A DNA stretch of 64,000 nucleotides from an uncultured Acidobacteriaceae bacterium (lineage in GTDB: Bacteria > Acidobacteriota > Terriglobia > Terriglobales > Acidobacteriaceae), in assembly GCA_963850805.1 (NCBI GenBank), contig CAWKNF010000027.1:43201-107200 (forward strand), in the 5' to 3' direction. Shown one piece after another: positions 57,517 to 64,000 of this stretch. A program made the translations under genes and the position numbers. Each line of letters starts with the position of its first letter. Position 1 is the stretch's first letter. Under the pieces are notes generated by a model, which was not told the DNA's origin, did not search any database, and was given only the letters and a program-made list of their open reading frames with translations.

Positions 57517-59103
57517 CTACCTGAATAACCAGTCGAGAATCTTCCCGATGACGCCTTTGCTTTTTTGCTGACCCGGACGGGACGGGGATGGGGTCGGAGG
57601 GTATGGGATTGTCTGGGGGGGAATTCCCTGAGCTTGCCGGAGCTTCGCCAAGATCGCTTGATTCTGAGACGCAGGCTTAAAACTTCTTATGGGAGAAGGT
57701 TTGCGTAGGGGGTTCCTGCCCGCGATTTTGTCAAGAACTCCGGCGTTATCCACAATAGCTCTGCCTGTTGAACCGCTACTGCCAAGTCTGAATGCCGCTT
57801 CTTCTGCGGAGATGAAGGAAATCTGCTGGTTCTGCGTAATACTGATTGCGAGATGTGAATACCGATACCGTTTAGAGGCATAAGGAGGTTCCATTAAGCC
57901 AACGACGCTGATGTGCTTGCCGACCCAACTTTGGCTTGGTTTCGGATGCAATGCTGCTAGCCCTTCCGACCACACACTGATCTTGACGATCTGCCCCTGC
58001 CATGGCCCGAAGTTGATGAAGACGTACGGTTTGCCATGACGTGTTCGAGATTCTTTGACTTCTACTATCTGCCCAATCAGTTCGACACGGTCTCCAACAT
58101 GCCTCATGCACAGGTCGAAATCTTTGGCATCGAGAACGGGGTATGCCGAGATATATACGCGAACCTTTTGCAGGGCTGGCGTCGTCGATATTTTGATTAC
58201 CTCGTGCGGGATGTTGCGACCGGAGAGAAAGTCATCGAGTGTCGGAATCCTTGCTAAGGGAGCTTTGCAAATAGACGCAAACCAACTGGCGTCTTGCGAG
58301 AAAGCCGTTTTTCCGTATAACAGGGAAAACACTGCTGAGGACTGTGGATCATCAAAGTCATTTGCTCGGAAGAGAACCCCATCCCCATCTGAACGGGTCT
58401 TGTCCCACAGGCTAGGGTCGGCTTCTAGTGCTCTAAGCGCACAATTCAACTCTATAAATGAAAAGCGATCCAAAGTGGCGTCAAACGGGCGCGTTCTAGG
58501 ACGTTCTGGGTGTTGGAAATTTCGGTGCCCCATCTCGGAGCTTCCTAGGGACTGAATCTCATCGACGTACATGCCGTCGTAGTCAATTAGCTGCAATGTC
58601 GAACCGTTCCCTGAGACCATGAGGTTTCCTGTTTGGACATCTCCATGCGCGATACCCTCACGCTCCAAGTAAGACGCCAATGCCTTCATCGAATTGATGA
58701 GATTTTGCAACGCGCCCTTATCGTGACGCCGACTTTCGAGAAATGAGCCGAGCGTCTCGCCGTTCGCCCACGTCATTTTGACGACGGGGTAAGCATGTTG
58801 ATTGATTCGGATTCCGTTAGGCTGAAATTCGAAATCAAGAAAATAAGGCGAGTGAAGCTGTTGGAGCTTCTTGGAGATCGCTTGGTATCTCCGTTCAAGC
58901 GCAGGCGACTCCTTATGAAAGCACCGGACAGCAAACTTGCGGGTGCGTGTGCTAAGCGTGTAGGTAAGGGCAAAACCACCACAAAGAGCCAGCGGCAGTC
59001 CAAGCCCCGTCGTGGTCACCGATCCAGTCTTGAGTTCTGGGTCGGTCAGAACAATGGGATGTTGCAGTGCCTCCTGATATTGTTCGAGACTTGGGTAGCT
59101 CAT
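57517..59103 (-). CDS. protein kinase-like protein with C-terminal OB-fold-like domain (TerY-P kinase component)
   Basis: VRCFHK (beta3 Lys region), catalytic HGDVQTGNLMV, metal-binding LIDYDGM. C-terminal DRVELIGQIVEVKESRTRHGKPYVFINFG is OB-fold-like. Confidence 0.75.
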   Translation of the reverse strand: MSYPSLEQYQEALQHPIVLTDPELKTGSVTTTGLGLPLALCGGFALTYTLSTRTRKFAVRCFHKESPALERRYQAISKKLQQLHSPYFLDFEFQPNGIRINQHAYPVVKMTWANGETLGSFLESRRHDKGALQNLINSMKALASYLEREGIAHGDVQTGNLMVSGNGSTLQLIDYDGMYVDEIQSLGSSEMGHRNFQHPERPRTRPFDATLDRFSFIELNCALRALEADPSLWDKTRSDGDGVLFRANDFDDPQSSAVFSLLYGKTAFSQDASWFASICKAPLARIPTLDDFLSGRNIPHEVIKISTTPALQKVRVYISAYPVLDAKDFDLCMRHVGDRVELIGQIVEVKESRTRHGKPYVFINFGPWQGQIVKISVWSEGLAALHPKPSQSWVGKHISVVGLMEPPYASKRYRYSHLAISITQNQQISFISAEEAAFRLGSSGSTGRAIVDNAGVLDKIAGRNPLRKPSPIRSFKPASQNQAILAKLRQAQGIPPQTIPYPPTPSPSRPGQQKSKGVIGKILDWLFR

Positions 59104-59118
59104 TGTCTGAAGCGCTTA

Positions 59119-59841
59119 TTAGAAACGTATCGCTAGCAATGTTGAGTCGTCGGTACGGATCGCCTTGCCTAACCGCGCCTGTGCAACTATCTCCGCTAAA
59201 TCAGGGTCACCTCTAGCGGCAAGAAGTTTGTGCCAATTTGGGTCGCCCTTTTCTACCAGTCTTAGAGTCCACTGACCAAGAGCATCAGTCATGCACAATA
59301 GAGTGAGACGAAGGAAGCCATCCAGTGACCAAACGACGCGGTGGCAAGAGACGAAATCACTCTCTGAAACGAAACTGTTGAGATTGTGTTGCGTAGAAAG
59401 CAAGGTTGGACGCGCTTCAAACTCAACAGCCGTGGAATAGGGCCAACTTCTTAAGACGTTGAACTCATCGTCCACTAGCAAGGCAAGGGTGTCACCAATC
59501 GCGACGATCTCAATGCTGTTGACGACGGTCTCGGTGTTGACTCCAAGAAGTGTGGAGAAACTTCCACGCTCGAACGAAGCCTGTTTCGAATAAGAAAGCT
59601 CGCTAAAGTTGTATGCGGTGGAGTACGAGATCGCCGCTTCCTGCACCCATTCTGGACTGATTTCGGGCTTCGCAATAAATCTCTCTGCAAGAATCTTAGC
59701 CCACGCTTTTGAGTCGAATGATTCACTTGCGCCGTCGCAGAGTGCGAATCGCCCCAAGGTTGTATCCACGCGCAGGCAGTCTTCATTCTCGTCCGGGGTC
59801 GATGGGTCTTTCGGAAAAGTTCCCGCGAATAAGACCTCCAT
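59119..59841 (-). CDS. PP2C-family protein phosphatase
   Basis: FALCDGASESFDS and IVAIGDT / CMTDAL acidic motifs typical of PP2C_2-type phosphatases. 15 nt upstream of the kinase gene. Confidence 0.65.
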   Translation of the reverse strand: MEVLFAGTFPKDPSTPDENEDCLRVDTTLGRFALCDGASESFDSKAWAKILAERFIAKPEISPEWVQEAAISYSTAYNFSELSYSKQASFERGSFSTLLGVNTETVVNSIEIVAIGDTLALLVDDEFNVLRSWPYSTAVEFEARPTLLSTQHNLNSFVSESDFVSCHRVVWSLDGFLRLTLLCMTDALGQWTLRLVEKGDPNWHKLLAARGDPDLAEIVAQARLGKAIRTDDSTLLAIRF

Positions 59842-59852
59842 GAAGATGTTAC

Positions 59853-60686
59853 CTATCGTAGCTGCGAAGCTCGCGTGCCAATATCGAAGAAATCTACAAT
59901 TTCTGGAGCTTCAGCGTTGAACATGAAGCCACGCGCTTCCGCCGTGACTTGATGACCCTTCTCTTGAGCAAAACGGAGGAGATGATCGGGTAGTTGGCTC
60001 GACATCCGAAAAAGCATCTTCGAGTAGGCGTCGGGCAGCAACATTTCACTTGAAGGGAATCTTATGGGGTCTGCACCCGCAGCACTCACATGGATGTTGA
60101 AGAGCAATGCTTCGCCGTCGTTTGTTCTAATTTGGCGCAGATGGGTTGCCAGTTCTTCGGGATCACCGTCCGTCGATTCTCCATCCGTGATGTGAAGAAT
60201 TGTCGGCGGATAGCAATCAGGGTGCCCATCGCACCAAGCAACCAAGTCTTCCGCAGTCTTGGTTAGAGCAGCACGCATCGGGGTTCCACCACTGGCTACT
60301 GCTTCGATCCATACCGGAAACTTCACCGTTTGCTCGGCGAGTCCACCCGCACCGTCGTCAATCCTTTTTCTTCTGTCTTCGATACGCAGAGGATTTGCTT
60401 CGATCTTGGACATAGGGTTCAACGAAGTTCCTCCAAGTGCCCCCTGAAAGCCATTTTGGACTCCGTGACCGCCATAACCAATGACTCCAACATAAAAGTA
60501 ATCGCGAGTACCTCCGGCGCTCGTACATCGGGTGACGAGAGTGTTCAACGTTCGATTTAGAGCGTCAGCAACGAACTGTGATTTGCTGCGCCCTCCTGCC
60601 ATCTTGTCTTCCATTGACCCAGATTGATCGACAACGAAAATAAAGCCTGTCGGATTTGCCCGACTGATTTCTGCTGTGTACGCCAT
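59853..60686 (-). CDS. vWA-domain protein (TerY-like)
   Basis: MIDAS motif FVVDQSGSM, plus later ASGGTPM and HITDGES. Confidence 0.8.
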   Translation of the reverse strand: MAYTAEISRANPTGFIFVVDQSGSMEDKMAGGRSKSQFVADALNRTLNTLVTRCTSAGGTRDYFYVGVIGYGGHGVQNGFQGALGGTSLNPMSKIEANPLRIEDRRKRIDDGAGGLAEQTVKFPVWIEAVASGGTPMRAALTKTAEDLVAWCDGHPDCYPPTILHITDGESTDGDPEELATHLRQIRTNDGEALLFNIHVSAAGADPIRFPSSEMLLPDAYSKMLFRMSSQLPDHLLRFAQEKGHQVTAEARGFMFNAEAPEIVDFFDIGTRASQLR

Positions 60687-60695
60687 GTCGCTCCC

Positions 60696-60992
60696 TCACG
60701 AGAAGAATTTGATTATTGCCCACAGCAATGCCAAGAACGCCAGACCGAGTAGATAGACCTTGGGCGCGGAAAACCAAGAGGCAAGAGTCGGTCGGCTAGA
60801 TTGGCTGGGTTGCCCCTCATAGTCTCGCCGATATATCCCAGTGCCGGGAATGCTGACTTGTTGATACTTCTTGCCCTTTGCGTTTGTGCCGATGCGGTAT
60901 CCGGGCACACCCAGAGAGTATCCAATGCCGCTTTTAGACAGGTTGATTCTCAGCGGACCAAAACGCAGACCCTTGCGCCAGTTCCAACTCAT
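60696..60992 (-). CDS. DUF4236-domain protein with C-terminal TM anchor
   Basis: WRKGLRFGPLRINLSKSGIGYSLGVPGYRIG matches the DUF4236 pattern. C-terminal hydrophobic LLGLAFLALLWAII. 9 nt upstream of the vWA gene. Confidence 0.7.
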   Translation of the reverse strand: MSWNWRKGLRFGPLRINLSKSGIGYSLGVPGYRIGTNAKGKKYQQVSIPGTGIYRRDYEGQPSQSSRPTLASWFSAPKVYLLGLAFLALLWAIIKFFS

Positions 60993-61235
60993 AGCAGCCT
61001 TCGTGAACGACCTCTACATCGGTAGCCAACTATAACAAAACGCAAAGAGTAACGCACATACCACCACGCGGTGATCGGTAGCCGAACCAGATTGTGCGGA
61101 GAGCCAACAAAGTTGGCGTGCGTCATTCCGAAAGCCATGTGACGATCAAAGAAAGATCGACAACACACTGGATCGTGGAAATTGCTGTGATCCGGCAGCG
61201 CCTAAACTTGGACATCCCGTGATCTAATATCGGCG

Positions 61236-62141
61236 ATGAGCGCTCTCATGGTCGGGAAATCTTCACTCTCATTTCTGCTGTTGGCGCTTGCATTTCAACC
61301 GCAAGCAGCGTGGGCATGGGGCAACGACGGGCACATGTACGTGAACCGAGTTGCAGCCGAAAAGCTGCCGCCAGACATCCCCAGCTTTTTGCGAAGTGCC
61401 GTTTCCGAGTTGGCGTATCTTGGCCCGGAGCCTGACCGTTGGCGGGAGGACTCCGGGCCAGCACTGAAGGGTGCGCAGGAGCCGGATCATTACATTGATC
61501 TGGAGAGGATCGCTTGGTTGAATCCGCTGCCGGAAGATCGGTACGAGTTTTATAGGAAGCTGTACGAGAAACGGGCGCAGACAAAAGACAATCCCGACGA
61601 TTACCTCCCTGAGCGGGTCGGTCTACAACCCTACATTGTCATGGAAATTTTCGGGCGGTTGAAAAATGCGTTTCGAGAATATCGACACCTGCGCGAGCAT
61701 CATCAGCCGACAGACTTCATTGAACACAAAATCGTGTTCCATGCAGGGTGGTTGGGTCATTACGTCGCGGACGGATCGCAGCCCCTCCATACGACCATCC
61801 ATTACAACGGTTGGGTGGGTACAAACCCGAAGGGATACGTGGCGCACGGGGGTATTCATGCTGAGTTCGAGACCGCCTACGTGTCACGCAACATCGCCCC
61901 CGCCGACTTCGCTGGTTTGGTTCATCCTCCAGAGCGCATTGCCAATCCCTTCGACGGCTATGTCCAGTATTTAAGGGATTCAAATAAACTGGTTGAAAGA
62001 GTCTATGAATTGGACAAGGCTGGCGGCTTTCGTGATGCCGGATCAAAAGAAGCGTTCGTTTTCACAACACAAAGACTCGCCGCTGGCAGCCAGATGCTCG
62101 TGAACCTGTGGTATACAGCTTGGCTGGACAGTGCAGAATGA
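61236..62141 (+). CDS. S1/P1-type nuclease (zinc-dependent), secreted
   Basis: The mature N-terminus WGNDGHMYV after the signal peptide, and HYVADGSQPLHTT, match S1/P1 nuclease zinc ligand motifs. Confidence 0.7.
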   Translation: MSALMVGKSSLSFLLLALAFQPQAAWAWGNDGHMYVNRVAAEKLPPDIPSFLRSAVSELAYLGPEPDRWREDSGPALKGAQEPDHYIDLERIAWLNPLPEDRYEFYRKLYEKRAQTKDNPDDYLPERVGLQPYIVMEIFGRLKNAFREYRHLREHHQPTDFIEHKIVFHAGWLGHYVADGSQPLHTTIHYNGWVGTNPKGYVAHGGIHAEFETAYVSRNIAPADFAGLVHPPERIANPFDGYVQYLRDSNKLVERVYELDKAGGFRDAGSKEAFVFTTQRLAAGSQMLVNLWYTAWLDSAE

Positions 62142-62154
62142 TGGGGAGGATGAG

Positions 62155-62529
62155 ATGATCTGCTACAAAACAAGAGCCTTCGTAGTTCCGGCTGTCGTCG
62201 TTCTGGCGGTTACACTAGGCTACGCACAAACCTCGATTTCGGCAGCCGAAGCCAAGAAGCATGTTGGGGAGAGGGGAACAGTTTGCGGAGAAGTGGCGAG
62301 CACCCACTATGCCGCACGGAGTCGCGGAAATCCGACGTTCATCAATCTCGATAAGCCCTACCCCGACGAGATTTTCACGGTGCTGATTTGGGGGAGTGAC
62401 CGACCGAAGTTTGGCGACCCTGAGGAGATGTATCGGAACAAGCGCATCTGCGCGACTGGAAAGATCAGCGATTACAAAGGTGTCCCTGAAATAGTCGCCT
62501 ACGAACCTTCGCAGATCACGATCCGCTAA
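62155..62529 (+). CDS. small exported OB-fold-like protein
   Basis: ATG 62155 preceded by GGGGAGGA. Signal or TM segment, then GERGTVCGEVAST...TFINLDKPYPDEIFTVLIW...ICATGKISDYKGVPEI. Confidence 0.55.
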   Translation: MICYKTRAFVVPAVVVLAVTLGYAQTSISAAEAKKHVGERGTVCGEVASTHYAARSRGNPTFINLDKPYPDEIFTVLIWGSDRPKFGDPEEMYRNKRICATGKISDYKGVPEIVAYEPSQITIR

Positions 62530-62604
62530 TTCCGGGTTACGAAGAAACGCGCATTCAAGATATGGTCTGCACGACGGGAGGTCTCCGATACCGGGGAGGA
62601 ACAA

Positions 62605-62975
62605 ATGAACCGACTTTTCGGATTAGCATTACTGTGCCTTGCCCTTGTTCCTTTGGCATCGGCTGAAACTCGCTCGGCTCAAGACATGGCGAAGGAGTGC
62701 CGGGTCGCGCTAGACCTTTTCCAAAACCGCGTCGAGAAGAGCTTTGAGAACACGCTCTTGCAGGCGAGTGCATCGGGTACATACAAGGTGCAGGCGACGT
62801 TTCACTCGCGATGGCAGACAACGTGAAGTGGTTCAAAGTCTGTGTTCCTGACAGCACGTCAACCATGACTCTTATCCAGAAGTTCATCGCATTCGTGGAT
62901 AAGAATCCGAAATACACGCTCGCATCAACGGCATTTCAGTTGATGCTTGGTCAGGAGTTTCCGTGCTCGAAGTGA
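62605..62975 (+). pseudogene. frameshifted Rap1a/Tai4-like (T6SS-immunity-like) exported protein
   Basis: Frame 1 gives the signal peptide plus ..ECRVALDLFQNRVEKSFENTLLQA, then junk and a stop at 62826. From about 62748-62768 the frame shifted by one base reads ECIGYIQGAGDVSLAMADNVKWFKVCVPDSTSTMTLIQKFIAFVDKNPKYTLASTAFQLMLGQEFPCSK-stop (62973-62975). Confidence 0.55.
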
Positions 62976-63119
62976 GGCAAGGCAAGGGGACTTCTTGACC
63001 CGCATGGGAGGGGTGTTGAGCGCGGTGTGAAGAGACCTCTGACCTCTGATGGCGGGTTTGCGTCAGGCGACGAAAGTGTGCCAGAATTCGCTTGGTTCCT
63101 TCCCCCATCCAAGGAAAAC

Positions 63120-64000
63120 ATGAATAGTCCGGTCGTAGTGGGGATGGTCGTATCCGCTTGCTTGCTGATTGGTTGCACGGCATCAGCACAGCAGACACAA
63201 TCCACAGGTACAAAGCATCCTGCGAGCAAGGCTTCGAGTCTGCCAACCGCAGACACCCTGCGGATACGCCTTCAGTTCCATCCCCACGACGCTGATGCCC
63301 ACAAGCAACTCATCAAGCTACTGCACGACAAATATGCGTTCCGGGCGATTGTCGCGGAAGATACCACTTGGCTGAGCAACAATCGCAGCGACTCGTGGGC
63401 ACTCACCGAGATTGTTAGTTACTCGGAGACTGCTCTGCATGATCCCGAATACGCTATAGCGCAGTTGCGTCTGCAACTTGCCGCAGTCTCGCGAAAAGAT
63501 GACCCCGAAGATTTTGACGACTGGTCGGATCAACTCGCCGCTAAACTGCAAAAAAGAGGCAGACCAGAAGAGGCTCTCCCACTGCTCAGTGAGCTAGTTC
63601 GGCTGAACCCTAATGAGGCAGGTTTCTGGGCTGACTATGGCGACTTGCTCTCTGCGCTAGGTCAGAATGCGGACGCAATTAAAGCGTTTCGACGATCAAT
63701 TGAACTCAATCCGTCGATGGAATCCTTTCACGAAGGTTTTGCGGAAGCACTAGTCAAGTCCGGGGACTTGAACGGCGCGGAATCCGAGTACCGCGCTGCT
63801 CTTTCTGTCTATGATGCCCAGTATAAGAAGGGAGAACCGACTGACTCGTATCACTCCTTCATCAGCGGTATGGTGAAGATTGAGGCTGCCCACGGTGAGG
63901 AACACGCCCTAGCCGAAACGCGAATGAAACTCGCACACATTTTGCTTCTTGATAAGAAGTACGACGAAGCCCTCGTTCAAGCAAAGGCTGCGTTGGATGC
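63120..64000 (+). CDS. TPR-repeat lipoprotein-like protein (3' end beyond window)
   Basis: ATG 63120. MNSPVVVGMVVSACLLIGCTASAQ lipobox-like signal. TPR-like units (EALPLLSELVRLNPNEAGFWADYGDLLSALGQNADAIKAFRRSIELNP). Open to the window end, so it is absent from the ORF track. Confidence 0.7.
   Translation, partial: MNSPVVVGMVVSACLLIGCTASAQQTQSTGTKHPASKASSLPTADTLRIRLQFHPHDADAHKQLIKLLHDKYAFRAIVAEDTTWLSNNRSDSWALTEIVSYSETALHDPEYAIAQLRLQLAAVSRKDDPEDFDDWSDQLAAKLQKRGRPEEALPLLSELVRLNPNEAGFWADYGDLLSALGQNADAIKAFRRSIELNPSMESFHEGFAEALVKSGDLNGAESEYRAALSVYDAQYKKGEPTDSYHSFISGMVKIEAAHGEEHALAETRMKLAHILLLDKKYDEALVQAKAALD

Larger units (their letters stand above)
46825..64000. mobile_element. putative genomic (defence-type) island, right end not reached
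   Basis: Starts at the tRNA break. Composition becomes visibly AT-richer. Gene content switches to short orphan or defence-type cassettes on alternating strands. No integrase within the window. Confidence 0.55.

Overview
The window looks like a high-GC chromosomal segment of an Acidobacteriota-type (Terriglobia-like) organism. This is an inference from gene content: a TonB-dependent receptor with an N-terminal carboxypeptidase-regulatory-like domain, a Ser/Thr kinase fused to TolB-like propeller repeats, PadR and DinB families, and AKDAxNGAP-type dispersed repeats. Positions 1 to about 46.8 kb are mostly ordinary core genes. These include GH9 and GH16 glycosidases, an orphan CpaF ATPase, a GAF-GGDEF protein, a LytS/LytTR two-component pair, metK and ahcY, and an ECF sigma/anti-sigma operon. 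They also include tmk-[vapBC]-holB, PadR, a lytic transglycosylase, an AmiC-like amidase and a MOSC-reductase fusion. At 46787 a tRNA-Thr(CGU) gene stops abruptly inside its anticodon loop. From there to the right edge the DNA is visibly AT-richer and densely packed with short, mostly uncharacterised cassettes. This is the accessory, defence-island-like part. It holds an AbiJ-like HEPN (Abi_C) protein and a DUF4236-vWA-PP2C-kinase operon of TerY-P type. It also holds a RusA-fold nuclease pair, a Tiki/TraB-like pair and a frameshifted Rap1a-like gene. My best candidate for an undescribed system is a tight two-gene cassette at 53765-56030. It pairs a NERD/PD-(D/E)xK-like nuclease with a stand-alone RibD-type zinc deaminase. 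No rRNA, CRISPR array, integrase or transposase was seen. All functional calls rest on motif recognition by eye in the supplied translations. No database search was run, so family names are hypotheses to confirm.
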